Shown here: positions 35,648 through 46,252 of the stretch, piece after piece
How positions within the stretch are numbered: the stretch's first letter is position 1
Layout: each line of letters opens with the position of its first letter
From: an uncultured delta proteobacterium
Lineage (GTDB): Bacteria; Myxococcota_A; UBA9160; SZUA-336
Direction: 5' to 3'
Length of the DNA stretch: 64,000 nt
Assembly: GCA_963704165.1 (NCBI GenBank)
Contig: CAVPHD010000004.1
Coordinates: 254,429-318,428 of the forward strand
Program-made: the position numbers and the translations under genes
Notes under the pieces: generated by a model
Database searches by the model: none
Seen by the model: only the letters and a program-made list of their open reading frames with translations
Told to the model about the DNA's origin: nothing

Positions 35648-37506
35648 ACCGGCTCACCACGGGAGCGCCACCCTCGGACGGGATGATCGAACGTCGGCTG
35701 ACCGGCGCTGCGCTGCTCGTCGTCGCGGCCTGGATGCTCCTGCTGACGCGTCTCTTCTACCTGCAGGTCGTGCAGGGCGACGTCTACAAGGTTTCGGCAG
35801 AACGAAACAGCGTGCGAACACAGCGCGTCCTGGCGCCCCGGGGCGCGTTGCTCGACCGGTACGGCGAGATCCTGGTCGACTCGCGCCCGGCCTTCGAGGT
35901 TCGCGTGGTGCCGAACGAAACCGACGACGTGCCGGCGACGCTGACGCGCATCGCCGGGCTGACCGGCCGCGACCTCGAGGTGGTGAAGAAGAGCTATCGG
36001 ACGTGCCGCGCGGGCGCGCGCGCTTCCAGCCGCAGCGCGTCGCGCACGATCTCGATCGCGACTCGCTCGCGCGCATCGAAGCGCGGCTCTGGGCGCTCGG
36101 CGGTGTGCTCACGCAGGTCACGCCCGTACGCGGCTACCGCTACGGGTCGAGCGCGGCTCACCTGCTCGGCTGGCTCGGCGAGGTCGGCCCCGAGCAGCTT
36201 CGCGAGAAGGAGTTCCAGAGCTACCGGCTCGGCGACGTGATCGGGCGGGGCGGGATCGAACGCCTGCTCGACGCCGATCTGCGCGGGCCGCCCCGGCGGT
36301 CGGAACCTGCTCGTCGATGCACACGGCAAGGAGTTGAAGCTGCTCTCGCGGGTCGAGCCGCAGCCCGGGCGCAACGTCGTCCTCACGCTCGACCACGAGT
36401 TGCAGCTGACGGCGGAGGCCGCGCTGGAACGGAGTGGAAACACCGGCGCCATCGTCGCGCTCGACCCCGGAACGGGAGAGGTGCTCGCGCTCGCGAGTCG
36501 GCCCGCGTTCGATCCGAACGGATTCGCCATCGGAATCGAGCCAGAGGTCTGGCGCGGATTGTCCTCCGACCCGGATAAGCCGTTCATGAATCGCGCTCTC
36601 CAGGGACAGTATCCGCCCGGCTCCACCTACAAGGTGATCACCGCGATCGCAGGTCTCGAAGAGAAGCTCGTCGACGAACACACGACTGTGTACTGCGGGG
36701 GGTCGTTCCGATTGGGCCGGCGCACCTATCGCTGCTGGAAGAAGGAGGGGCACGGGACGGTCGACTTGAACAAGGCGATCGTCCAGTCGTGCGACGTCTA
36801 CTTCTACAAGCTCGGGCTCGAGCTCGGCGTGAATCGACTCGCGTACTACGCGCGTTCGCTCGGGCTCGGTGCCCGTACGGGAATCGAGCTCGGAGGGGAG
36901 ATGCCCGGACTCGTGCCGACCAAGGAATGGCGCCTGCTCCGCGACGGAACGAGTTGGGTCGAGGGAGACACCGTCTCGGTCTCGATCGGGCAGGGCGCGA
37001 ACCTGTGGACGCCACTCCAGCTCGCGGCTGCGTACGCCGCGATCGCGAACGGCGGGACGCGTCATCAGGTGCATCTGCTGAAGCGGATCGAGGAGCCCGA
37101 CGGGACGCTGGTGCGAAGCTTCGAGCCCGAGTCGTTGGGGGAAGTGCCGGTCTCCGCCGCGACGCTCGAGCGGGTCCGAAAGGGCCTCTCGGACACCGTC
37201 AATTCGCCGCGCGGAACCGGCGGCGCGATGCGGAATCTGCCCGGAGGCGTGCTCGCGGCCGGCAAGACCGGAACCGCGCAGGTCGTCGCGATGGCGCAGG
37301 GCGAGCGTGTCGATTCGAAGGACCTGGCCCGACAGCATCGCGACCACGCCTGGTTCGTGACCTACGCGCCCGTCGAGAACCCGAGAATCGTCGTTGCCGT
37401 GCTCGTCGAGCACGGCGGTCACGGAGGAAGTGCGGCCGCGCCACTCGCACGCGATGTCGTGGTTCGCTTCCTCGAGCGAGAGGCGGAGATGCATGCCGGG
37501 AATTGA
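35644..37506 (+). CDS. mrdA: Penicillin-binding protein 2, compensating frameshifts (~36000, ~36286)
   Basis: RLFYLQV, APRGALLDR, YPPGSTYK (SxxK), SCD, KTGTAQ. Confidence 0.93.
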
Positions 37507-38602
37507 CCGCCGACTGATTCAGAACTTCGAATGGCCGTTGTTCACGATGTCGGTCGTGGTCGCGGTGATCGGGATCGTGAATCTCGTCTCCGCCTCGCCC
37601 GATCCGACGGTCTCGGGTCTACCCGACACCGCGTTGCGCCAGCTCGTCTGGCTGGGGATCGGCATCGTGCTGATGCTCGCGGCGCTCGTTCCCGACTACC
37701 GAACGCTCGAGCGCTTCGCGTTTCCGATCTACGCCGCGGTCGTGGGGCTCCTGGTCGCCGTCCTGCTCGGCGGACGGATCGTGAACGGTTCCCAGCGCTG
37801 GCTCGAGCTCGGCCCGTTCAACCTGCAGCCGTCGGAGCTCGCGAAGCTCGCGATGATCCTGATCTTCGCGCGGATTCTGGCGCGACGAAGTCCGAGCGCG
37901 CCGGTCGGACTTCGCGAGTTGATCGTGCCCGGCATCCTGATCGCGATTCCGGCGGCGCTGATCCTGAAGCAGCCCGATCTCGGAACGACGCTCGTGATTT
38001 GCGTCGTCTCGGCGAGCTTTCTCGGACTCACGCGCGTGCGGGTCTGGTCCTTCGTGCTGCTCGCCGCCATCGGGATCGCGGGCGCCACCGTCGCCTGGAT
38101 GTTCTTCCTGCACGACTACCAGAAGGAGCGCGTGTTCACGTTTCTGAATCCCGAGCGCGACCCGCTCGGCGCCGCGTACCACGCGATCCAGAGCCAGATC
38201 GCCGTCGGCTCCGGGGGGCTCTTCGGGAAGGGGTTCGGACAGGGCTCGCAGAGCCAGCTCGATTTTCTTCCGGAGCAGCAGACCGATTTCGTCTTCTCGG
38301 TGCTCGGCGAGGAGTGGGGTTTCGTCGGCAGCGCGATCGTGCTCGTGCTCTACCTCGGCATCCTGATCCGCGGGCTCATGATCGCCCACTCGTCCAAGGA
38401 TCAGTTCGGCTCCTACCTCGCGGTTGGCGTCGTCGCGCTCTTCTTCTGGGCGGGACTCATCAACGTCGGCATGGTGATCGGTGTGCTGCCGGTGGTCGGC
38501 GTGCCGCTGCCGATGCTCTCGTACGGCGGCTCGTCCCTGCTCACGTTCATGATCGCGCTCGGCCTGCTGATGAACGTATCGATGCGCCGCTACATCTTCT
38601 GA
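37493..38602 (+). CDS. rodA: Peptidoglycan polymerase RodA
   Basis: GSQRW, LQPSELAK, KQPDLGT, LPEQQTDF, GVPLPMLSYGGSS. Confidence 0.96.
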   Translation: MPGIDRRLIQNFEWPLFTMSVVVAVIGIVNLVSASPDPTVSGLPDTALRQLVWLGIGIVLMLAALVPDYRTLERFAFPIYAAVVGLLVAVLLGGRIVNGSQRWLELGPFNLQPSELAKLAMILIFARILARRSPSAPVGLRELIVPGILIAIPAALILKQPDLGTTLVICVVSASFLGLTRVRVWSFVLLAAIGIAGATVAWMFFLHDYQKERVFTFLNPERDPLGAAYHAIQSQIAVGSGGLFGKGFGQGSQSQLDFLPEQQTDFVFSVLGEEWGFVGSAIVLVLYLGILIRGLMIAHSSKDQFGSYLAVGVVALFFWAGLINVGMVIGVLPVVGVPLPMLSYGGSSLLTFMIALGLLMNVSMRRYIF

Positions 38603-38618
38603 CCGCTACAATCGAATC

Positions 38619-39302
38619 GTGAGGCGACCCAGGTCAGAAAACGTCGGGGCGTTCTTCGACGTCGACAAGACGATCCTCGCCGAGAACTCCGGCACCGCCT
38701 ACCTGAAGGCTCTGTACGAGCGCGGAGAGATCGACTGGAAGACCGTGCTCGCGGGTCTGGGCTCGTACCTCCGCTACAAGCTGAATCTGCTCGACATCGA
38801 GCGCTGGACCGAGCGGAACAGCGGCGCCTTTGCCGGTCGCAGCGAGTCCGCGACGTCCCGCGAAGCCGCGGAGCTGTTTCGAACCGCGCTCCTGCCGTCG
38901 ATCTACCCGGAGGCCGAGGCGCGCGTCCGCTGGCACCTCGCGCAGGGACACCTGGTGGCGTTGGTCTCGGGATCGACGAAATTCGTGCTCGATCCGATCG
39001 CCGAACACCTGGGCGTGAAGCACCTGCTCTGCACGCAGCTCGAGACGAGCGACGGTGTCTTCACCGGGCGCGTCGTGCGGCCGATCTGCTTCGGCGAGGG
39101 GAAGATCTACTGGATCCAGCAGCTGATCGAGCGCGAGTATCTCGACCTGGCTCGAAGCTGGTTCTACACCGACTCGATCACCGACCTGCCGCTGCTCGAT
39201 CTGGTCGGCCATCCCGTGATCGTGAATCCCGACCCGCTGCTGTATCGCAAGGCGCTGCAGCGCCACTGGCCGGTGCGATTCTTCCCGCACCCATCGCGCT
39301 AG
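38619..39302 (+). CDS. HAD-IB family hydrolase (SerB-like)
   Basis: FFDVDKTI, LVSGS, FGEGK, YTDSITDLPLL, VNPD. Confidence 0.9.
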   Translation: MRRPRSENVGAFFDVDKTILAENSGTAYLKALYERGEIDWKTVLAGLGSYLRYKLNLLDIERWTERNSGAFAGRSESATSREAAELFRTALLPSIYPEAEARVRWHLAQGHLVALVSGSTKFVLDPIAEHLGVKHLLCTQLETSDGVFTGRVVRPICFGEGKIYWIQQLIEREYLDLARSWFYTDSITDLPLLDLVGHPVIVNPDPLLYRKALQRHWPVRFFPHPSR

Positions 39303-39326
39303 CGGGAATCCCGGCGGCGCGCGCGG

Positions 39327-39650
39327 CTAGAGAGCCGGGGCGATCATGGCCTTGATCTTGTCCTTGGGCTGCCGGCCCACGAGCTGTCCGACGACCGCCC
39401 CGCCCTTGATCACGAGCAGCGTCGGCATGGCGCGGACCTGCATCTTCGCCGCGGTGCCCGGATTCGCGTCGACATCGACCTTCACCACGCGCAGCTTCTC
39501 GCCGTATTCCTCGGCCAGCTCCTTGACCGTGGGTGCGAGCTGCCGGCAGGGTGCGCACCACTCGGCCCAGAAGTCCACGAGCACGGGTACGTCGGACTTC
39601 AGCACGCTCGCCTCGAACGTGGCATCGGTCACGTCAAGAATCTTCGCCAC
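39327..39650 (-). CDS. trxA: Thioredoxin
   Basis: VLVDFWAEWCAPCRQL, VDVD, MPTL; GTG at 39650. Confidence 0.95.
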   Translation of the reverse strand: MAKILDVTDATFEASVLKSDVPVLVDFWAEWCAPCRQLAPTVKELAEEYGEKLRVVKVDVDANPGTAAKMQVRAMPTLLVIKGGAVVGQLVGRQPKDKIKAMIAPAL

Positions 39651-40008
39651 GTCGATCCTCCTCGGCAGGGATGGCGACAGCATAGAACCTGCCGCGTTCG
39701 TTCGCATCGCGTGGGACGAAGACGAGCACGGGATGGTTTCCGGCGCGCGCGATCGCGGCTGCGCGCGCTCGCGTCGAATGCTCGTTCACTCCGAAGACGA
39801 GCACACCCGATCCCGGGTAGGTCGGCTCGGACGCTCGCGGGTGCTTCGGCATGACCTCGGGAGCCTCCACCAGAACGACCTCGCGGGTCCCGGCCAGGCG
39901 CTCCGCCTCTTCGAGATCGACGACGCGAAACGAGGATGGGGGCGCTGGACACGCGCCAAGACCCGTCGTCATCAGGGCGAGCAACAGCGCACGGGCCGGC
40001 GAACGCAT
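39634..40008 (-). CDS. Small putative lipoprotein, possibly a degenerate rhodanese fold
   Basis: Lipobox LGAC; VVDLEEAERL...VVLVE resembles a rhodanese N-terminus; no active-site Cys. Confidence 0.5.
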   Translation of the reverse strand: MRSPARALLLALMTTGLGACPAPPSSFRVVDLEEAERLAGTREVVLVEAPEVMPKHPRASEPTYPGSGVLVFGVNEHSTRARAAAIARAGNHPVLVFVPRDANERGRFYAVAIPAEEDRRGEDS

Positions 40009-40080
40009 TTCGCCAAGCCTACAGAAGGCCGCCTCTCGGTGCTTGCCGCGCCTGCCCGCGGGCGCGAAGATGCAGCGTCG

Positions 40081-40617
40081 ATGGGCCGGATTCTTCTTTC
40101 CGAGGGCGATATTACGGCGCTCGCCGTGGACGCCATCGTCAACGCGGCGAACACCGACCTGCAGCTCGGCTCGGGAGTTGCGGGTGCGATTCGCGAGCGC
40201 GGCGGCGCTTCGATTCAGGCGCAATGCGATGCGAACGGCCCCATCGCGCTCGGCGGGGCCGCCCTCACCGGCGCGGGTGAGCTTCCGGCCCGATACGTGA
40301 TCCACGCGGCGGCGATGGGACGCGGTGCGACGGTGAGCGAGGATTCCCTGCGCGCCGCGACGCGGGCGAGCCTCGAGCTCGCGAACGCGCACCAGCTGCG
40401 CTCGATCGCGTTCCCGGCGATCGGTACCGGCGTCGGCGGCTTTCCGGTGCAGCGCTGCGCAGAGGTCATGCTCGAGGAGGTCCGCGCCCATCTCTCGCGT
40501 CCGACCAGCCTCGAGACGGTGCACTTCGTGCTGTTCGGCGAGCCTGCGTATCGCGTCTTCGAGCTCGCCGACGACGCGGAGCGTGTGCGCGCGACCCTGG
40601 CAAGGTTCGCCCGTTGA
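40081..40617 (+). CDS. Macro domain protein (ADP-ribose binding/hydrolase)
   Basis: EGDIT...VDAIVNAAN...GSGVAGAI, VIHA, SIAFPAIGTGVGGFP. Confidence 0.93.
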   Translation: MGRILLSEGDITALAVDAIVNAANTDLQLGSGVAGAIRERGGASIQAQCDANGPIALGGAALTGAGELPARYVIHAAAMGRGATVSEDSLRAATRASLELANAHQLRSIAFPAIGTGVGGFPVQRCAEVMLEEVRAHLSRPTSLETVHFVLFGEPAYRVFELADDAERVRATLARFAR

Positions 40618-41405
40618 CGCTGATCGCCCACGGTCTCGCGACCGCGCTGTACCTGTTTGCCGCGTTTCTCGGCTGGACACGGAAGGACTCGGGTGGCGGC
40701 CGGCGCGGCGTTCCGTGGGTGATCGCGCTTGCAGCCGCGATCCACGCCGTCGGGTTCTACGGGCTGCACGTGCAAGACCCACCGGTGCCGCTCTCGAGCC
40801 TTCCGGCGGCGCTCTCGCTGGTGGGCTGGTCCACCGCGTTCGCGGGGCTCGTGATGATGCGCAGCCCGCAGCTCCGGCGGTTGGGGGGCTGGGTCGGATT
40901 CGCCGCCGCGGCGTACACGCTGCCGGCCGAGCTCGGCCTGCAAATCATGGCGCCAGCGACCGGGCCGGGGCGCGAGCCCGGTGGCTGGTCGCACGCCCAC
41001 GTCTTGTTCGGCACGACGGGCTTCGCGCTGCTCGCGCTCGCGAGCATGGGCGCGCTCGGCTACCTGGCCAAGGAACGCGCACTGAAGCGGCGGCGCGGCT
41101 TCGCGCTCTCGCTGCCCGCCCTCGAGAGCCTCGACCGCGGCGAGCATCTGACGCTCACGCTCGGTTTCGCCCTGCTGACGCTCGGCGTCGCCAGCGGTTT
41201 CGGCTGGGAAGTGAACCAGGGCCACGACCTCTGGACGCAGCACACCGTGTTTCTCCTGATCGCATGGTGCGTGTACCTGATCCCGGTCGGGGCTCGGGTC
41301 GTGCGGCAGCAGCACGGGGCCTGGCCCGCGCGTGTCGTGCTTTTTAGCTTCGCGTTTCTCGCGTTCGCGTTCCTCGGCATCCGCATGCTCGGAGCGGTGC
41401 TGTGA
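40614..41405 (+). CDS. Cytochrome c assembly (CcsA-like) membrane protein heading the hem operon
   Basis: About 8 TM; WSHAHV, PALESLD, Trp-rich W...W segment; typical position before hemA. Confidence 0.75.
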   Translation: MTLIAHGLATALYLFAAFLGWTRKDSGGGRRGVPWVIALAAAIHAVGFYGLHVQDPPVPLSSLPAALSLVGWSTAFAGLVMMRSPQLRRLGGWVGFAAAAYTLPAELGLQIMAPATGPGREPGGWSHAHVLFGTTGFALLALASMGALGYLAKERALKRRRGFALSLPALESLDRGEHLTLTLGFALLTLGVASGFGWEVNQGHDLWTQHTVFLLIAWCVYLIPVGARVVRQQHGAWPARVVLFSFAFLAFAFLGIRMLGAVL

Positions 41406-42673
41406 ACCTCTTCATCGTCGGAATGAACTTCCGAACCGCGCCGGTTGCCGTGCGCGAGCGCTACGCGGTTCCGCCTGCGCAAGTCGTCGAGCGCGACGCG
41501 AAGCTCGTTCGGAGCGTGGGGCTCGACGAGGGCGCGATCCTCTCGACCTGCAACCGAACGGAGCTTCTCGGCGCCTCGCGCGCGGGCGAGTCGGCGCTGG
41601 AACGCATGCACGGATTTCTGCGCGAAGAGCTCGGCGACGGATCCGCGGCTCCGGGGCACGTCTACGAGCTGCGAGACGGTGACGTCGTGCGGCACCTCTT
41701 CCGCGTGGCCGGCGGACTCGACTCGATGGTTCTCGGCGAGGCGCAGATTCTCGGCCAGCTGAAGCAGGCCTACCGCGCCGCGGTCGAAGCGCGCAGCACC
41801 GGCCCGGTGCTGAATCGTCTGTTCCAGCACGCCTTCCGCACCGCGAAGCGCATCCACAGCGAGACGGGACTCGGCGCTGCGACGGTGTCGGTGGCGCGCG
41901 TCGGTGTGCAGCTCGCGCGCGAGATCTTCGAGAGCTTTGCGGGCAAGCGCGTCTTGCTGCTCGGCGCGGGCGAGATGGCGGAGTCGGCGCTGCGCGGACT
42001 CTGCGAGGCCGGAGCGACCGATCCTTGCGTCGTCAATCGAACGCTCGCGACCGCGGTCGAGCTCGCGGGTCGTTTCGGTGGCACCGCGCGACCGCTCGAT
42101 GCGCTCGGAGAGGAGCTCGAACTCGCCGATGTCGCCATCACGTCCGTTCAAGTCGATCGACCGATCGTCGGTCGGCCCGAGCTCGAGCGCGCGCTCGCGC
42201 AACGGCGCGGTCGTCCGCTGCTCCTGATCGATCTCGGCATACCGCGAAACGTCGATCCCGCGGTGCAGGAGCTCGAGAACGTCTACGTCTACGATCTCGA
42301 CGACCTCGAGGCGACGGCGGAGCGCGGCCGCGCGAGCCGTGAAGCCGCGGCCGATCAGGCGAGTGCGATCGCGCGAACCGAGGCGGATCGCTTCCTGCGC
42401 TGGGTCGAAGTCCTGCCGCACGCTCCGACGATTCGCGAGCTGTACGCGCGAATGGACGCGCTCGCGCTCGAAGAGGTACGCCGGACCGTGTCGCGCCTGG
42501 GTGCGCCGTCCGAAGGCATGCAGCCCGAGTTCGAGCGTCTGGCGCGCGCGATCGTCGCCAAGCTCATGCACCGTCCGCTCGAGGAGCTTCGACACGAGGC
42601 GTCGATCGGCGCCGCACAGTACTATGCCGGGGCGCTTCGGGAGCTCTTCGGTCTCGAAGAGGAGGACCCGTGA
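41402..42673 (+). CDS. hemA: Glutamyl-tRNA reductase
   Basis: TAPVAVRE, LSTCNRTE, GLDSMVLGEAQILGQ, GAGEM, DLGIPRNVD. Confidence 0.97.
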   Translation: MNLFIVGMNFRTAPVAVRERYAVPPAQVVERDAKLVRSVGLDEGAILSTCNRTELLGASRAGESALERMHGFLREELGDGSAAPGHVYELRDGDVVRHLFRVAGGLDSMVLGEAQILGQLKQAYRAAVEARSTGPVLNRLFQHAFRTAKRIHSETGLGAATVSVARVGVQLAREIFESFAGKRVLLLGAGEMAESALRGLCEAGATDPCVVNRTLATAVELAGRFGGTARPLDALGEELELADVAITSVQVDRPIVGRPELERALAQRRGRPLLLIDLGIPRNVDPAVQELENVYVYDLDDLEATAERGRASREAAADQASAIARTEADRFLRWVEVLPHAPTIRELYARMDALALEEVRRTVSRLGAPSEGMQPEFERLARAIVAKLMHRPLEELRHEASIGAAQYYAGALRELFGLEEEDP

Positions 42674-43578
42674 CGCACCTCAGGCTCGGCACGCGGGCGA
42701 GCCAGCTCGCGCTCGCACAGGCGGAGACGATCGCGAAGCTCTTGCGCGGAAACGGCCACGAGGTCGAGATCGTGAAGATCACGACGACCGGCGACAGGCT
42801 GGAAGGGCCCGTCTCCGAGCACGGTGGCAAGCAGGTCTGGGTCCAGGAGATCGAGACCGCGCTCCTGCAGGGCGGCATCGACCTCGCCGTGCACTCCGCC
42901 AAGGATCTGCCGATGCAGCTCGCCGACGGGCTCACGGTCGGTGCGTACCCGCAGCGCGAGGATCCCCGCGACGCGTTCGTCGGCGCGCCCGGAATGCGCT
43001 TCACGGCACTCCCCCCCGGAGCTCGGATCGGGACCGGATCGACGCGGCGGATCGCGCTCCTGCGCGCGCTCAGGCCCGAGCTCGAGCCGGTGCCGATTCG
43101 CGGCAACGTGCCGACGCGAATCGCGAAGATCGCGTCGCTCGAGCTCTCGGGCGTGATTCTCGCCGCCGCGGGGCTGGTGCGGCTCGGACTCGAGGATCAC
43201 ATCCTCGACCCGCTCGACCCCGAACGGTACGTGCCCGCCGGCGGGCAGGGAGCGCTCGCGATCGAGATCCGGATCGACGACGACGACGTTCAGCAGGTCG
43301 TGAGCGAGCTCGAGGACGGGGACGTCGCCGCTCAGGTTCGCGCCGAGCGCGCGTTCCTGTTCGAGCTCGGTGGAGACTGCAAGAGCCCGATCGCGGCCTA
43401 TGCGTCGATTCACGGCGTGCGCCTGCGCTTGCGAGCACTCGTGATGTCGCCGGACGGACGCGAACGGGTCGAGGGAACGGCCGAGGGCGAGCTGTCCGCG
43501 CCGGAGATGCTCGGAGCAACGCTCGGTCGCGAGCTTCTTGCCCGCGGCGCGCGAAGGCTGATCGAGGGACGCGGTTGA
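42670..43578 (+). CDS. hemC: Porphobilinogen deaminase
   Basis: GTRASQLALAQ, TTGD, AVHSAKD, IRGNVPTR, AERAFL...GDCKSPI. Confidence 0.97.
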   Translation: MTHLRLGTRASQLALAQAETIAKLLRGNGHEVEIVKITTTGDRLEGPVSEHGGKQVWVQEIETALLQGGIDLAVHSAKDLPMQLADGLTVGAYPQREDPRDAFVGAPGMRFTALPPGARIGTGSTRRIALLRALRPELEPVPIRGNVPTRIAKIASLELSGVILAAAGLVRLGLEDHILDPLDPERYVPAGGQGALAIEIRIDDDDVQQVVSELEDGDVAAQVRAERAFLFELGGDCKSPIAAYASIHGVRLRLRALVMSPDGRERVEGTAEGELSAPEMLGATLGRELLARGARRLIEGRG

Positions 43579-45107
43579 GTGGGCACGTGCTGCTCGTCGG
43601 CGCAGGGCCGGGGGATCCCGATCTGCTCACCGTGCGCGCGCTTCGCGAGCTCGAGCGCGCCGAGGTCCTGCTCTACGACGCGCTGATCGATCCCGTCATT
43701 CTTTCGCTCGCGCCCGGGACCTGCGAGCGCATCGACGTGGGCAAGCGTGGCGACGGCTCCAAGGGCATCGAGCAGGACAAGATCGCGGATCTCATGATCG
43801 AGAAGGCGCGTGTCGGCCATCGCGTCGTTCGTCTGAAGGGTGGCGATCCGTTCGTCTTCGGGCGTGGCGGCGAAGAGGTGACACGATTGCGTGACGCCGG
43901 CATCTCCTTCGAGATCGTTCCCGGAGTCAGCTCGGCGATCGCGGTGCCCGCGTACGCGGGGATCCCCGTCACGGATCGGCGGCTGTCGTCATCTCTCGCG
44001 ATCGTCACCGGACACCGGGGCGCCGACGAACACGACCACCGGATCGATTGGGAGGGGCTCTCGCGCAGCGCCGAGACGCTCGTGATCCTGATGGGCACGG
44101 CCTGGGTCGAGGACATCGTCGCCCGCGTTATCGCGGGCGGCCGCGATCCCGCCACTCCGGCGGCTGCGATCGCCCGCGGAACGACTCCGCGACAGCGCGT
44201 CGTCGTCGCTTCGCTCGAGGACCTGCCTTCCCGAATGCGCGCGGCCGGACTCGAAGCGCCCGCCGTGATCGTGATCGGCCAGGTCGTCGAGTTCCGCGAT
44301 CGCGCGGCCTGGTTCGAGCATCGGCCGCTGTTCGGCAAGCGCGTGCTGGTTGCGCGCGCCCGCGAGCAGAGCACGGAGCTCGCTCTCGAACTGCGGCGTC
44401 GCGCGGCCGAACCGGTGATCGTGCCGCTGCTCGAGTTCGTGCCCACCGCCGACCCCGCTTCGCTCGCGGCGACGTTGGCGCGCGCGTCGGCGTACGACTG
44501 GATCGTCTACACCTCGGCCAACGCCGTGCGGTTCGCGAGGCCTCGACAGGAGCTGCCAGCGAGCACGCGTATCGCGTGCATCGGCGAGGCGACCGCGCGC
44601 GCGGCACGCGCTTCGGGCCTGCGCGTCGATCTCGTCCCCACGGGCGAGAGCACGCCCGAGCGCCTGGCGACGGCACTCGAAAGCGCGCAGCCGCTCTCGG
44701 GTCTGCGAGTCCTGCTGCCGCGCGCGGAACTCGCGCGCGACACGTTGCTTCGCGCGCTCGAAGCTCGAGGCGCGCGCGTCGATGCCGTCGAGGCGTATCG
44801 AACGCACGCACCCGAAGATGCGGGCGCGCGGCTCTCGGCGGAGCTCGCGTGCGGTCTCGATGCGGTGGTCCTGACGAGCCCGTCCAGCGTCACCCACCTC
44901 TTCGATCGGCTCACTCCTGCGCAGCAGGCTTCGCTCTGCGGCCGTGCGGCCTTCGCGTGCATCGGCCCGACCACGGCCGCGGCGCTCGCGGCCACGCTCG
45001 CGGGCCGGCCGGCGCGAACATGGACGGCTTCACTCCAGACCACGACCGCCCTCGTCGATGCACTCGAACGCGGGTTTGCGGAGGAGGAATCGCATGGCCT
45101 TTCCTGA
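43575..45107 (+). CDS. Fused uroporphyrinogen-III C-methyltransferase / synthase (CobA-HemD)
   Basis: [29 protein letters not shown]; then [23 protein letters not shown]. Confidence 0.95.
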   Translation: MSGHVLLVGAGPGDPDLLTVRALRELERAEVLLYDALIDPVILSLAPGTCERIDVGKRGDGSKGIEQDKIADLMIEKARVGHRVVRLKGGDPFVFGRGGEEVTRLRDAGISFEIVPGVSSAIAVPAYAGIPVTDRRLSSSLAIVTGHRGADEHDHRIDWEGLSRSAETLVILMGTAWVEDIVARVIAGGRDPATPAAAIARGTTPRQRVVVASLEDLPSRMRAAGLEAPAVIVIGQVVEFRDRAAWFEHRPLFGKRVLVARAREQSTELALELRRRAAEPVIVPLLEFVPTADPASLAATLARASAYDWIVYTSANAVRFARPRQELPASTRIACIGEATARAARASGLRVDLVPTGESTPERLATALESAQPLSGLRVLLPRAELARDTLLRALEARGARVDAVEAYRTHAPEDAGARLSAELACGLDAVVLTSPSSVTHLFDRLTPAQQASLCGRAAFACIGPTTAAALAATLAGRPARTWTASLQTTTALVDALERGFAEEESHGLS

Positions 45108-46068
45108 GCAGCGGCAACGCCGCCTGCGCCGGACGCCGGCGCTTCGCGCGCTCGCGCGTGAAACTCGCCTGCATCCCGGAGATCTGATCGACGCGCTCTT
45201 CGTCGTCGAAGGAAGCGCGGTCCGCGAGCCGATCTCGTCGATGCCGGGCGTGCTGCGGCTGTCGGTGGATCAGCTCTCCGAAGAGGCGAAGCGAATCCTC
45301 GACCTCGGCCTCGGCGGTGTGATCCTGTTCGGAATTCCGGCGCACAAGGATCCGCTCGGTACGAGCGGATACGACCCCGAGGGGATCATCGCGCGTGCGA
45401 TCCGGACGATGAAGCGATCCACTCCCGAACTCGCCGTCATCGCCGACGTCTGCCTGTGCGAGTACACGGATCACGGACACTGCGGCGTGTACGAGAACGG
45501 CGCGGTGGTGAACGACGAGACGCTGCCATTGCTCGCGAGAACAGCGGTCGTCGCGGCCGAAGCCGGTGCGGACGTGATCGCGCCGAGCGACATGATGGAC
45601 GGGCGTGTCGCGGCGATCCGGAGCGCGCTCGACGCGTCGCACTTCACCGAGACGCCGATCCTTTCCTACGCGGCGAAGTACGCCTCCGCGTTCTACGGCC
45701 CCTTCCGCGAGGCTGCGGAATCGACCCCGAAGAGCGGCGACCGGCGCGGCTACCAGATGGACGCCGGGAACGCGCGCGAGGCGCTGCGCGAGATCGCGGC
45801 CGACATCGAGGAGGGCGCGGACATGGTGATGGTCAAGCCCGCGATGCCCTGCCTCGACGTCGTGCGGCAGGCTCGCGAACACTTCGACGTGCCGGTATTC
45901 GCGTATCAGGTGAGCGGCGAGTACAGCATGCTGCAAGCTGCGATCGAGCGAGGCTGGCTCGAGGCCCCGCGCGTCGTCGATGAAAGCCTGCTCGCGATCC
46001 GACGGGCGGGCGCGGATCGCGTCGTCACCTATTTCGCAAAGGACTTCGCGAGGCGATACCGTGGCTGA
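45094..46068 (+). CDS. hemB: Delta-aminolevulinic acid dehydratase
   Basis: [47 protein letters not shown]. Confidence 0.97.
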   Translation: MAFPEQRQRRLRRTPALRALARETRLHPGDLIDALFVVEGSAVREPISSMPGVLRLSVDQLSEEAKRILDLGLGGVILFGIPAHKDPLGTSGYDPEGIIARAIRTMKRSTPELAVIADVCLCEYTDHGHCGVYENGAVVNDETLPLLARTAVVAAEAGADVIAPSDMMDGRVAAIRSALDASHFTETPILSYAAKYASAFYGPFREAAESTPKSGDRRGYQMDAGNAREALREIAADIEEGADMVMVKPAMPCLDVVRQAREHFDVPVFAYQVSGEYSMLQAAIERGWLEAPRVVDESLLAIRRAGADRVVTYFAKDFARRYRG

Positions 46069-46249
46069 TCTCGTCTACAAGGTCGTGGAGTCGTCCTCGG
46101 TCACCGAGGAGGAGCTCGAGCGGATCATCAACACGTACGTCGCAGAGGGATGGGTCTTCGACGGCATGCAGTTCGCGATGCGCGACTCGTCGAAGCGTCC
46201 CTCGATGGCGTTTCTGCTCTTCACGCGTGCCCCCGACGCCTCGAGCTAG
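46061..46249 (+). CDS. Small conserved-looking protein (DUF4177-like)
   Basis: YKVV...LERIIN...EGW...F pattern; GTG overlaps the hemB stop. Confidence 0.6.
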   Translation: MADLVYKVVESSSVTEEELERIINTYVAEGWVFDGMQFAMRDSSKRPSMAFLLFTRAPDASS

Positions 46250-46252
46250 CGC

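Noticed and set aside
34215-36578. Apparent 787-aa MreC-MreD-PBP2 chimera
   Set aside because: Produced by several frameshifts that bring fragments of three genes into one frame
42339-43574. Long N-terminal extension on CobA-HemD (similar extensions on the MCP, macro domain, TetR and folE ORFs)
   Set aside because: Stop-free alternative frames overlapping real upstream genes; Arg/Ala/Pro-rich with no motifs
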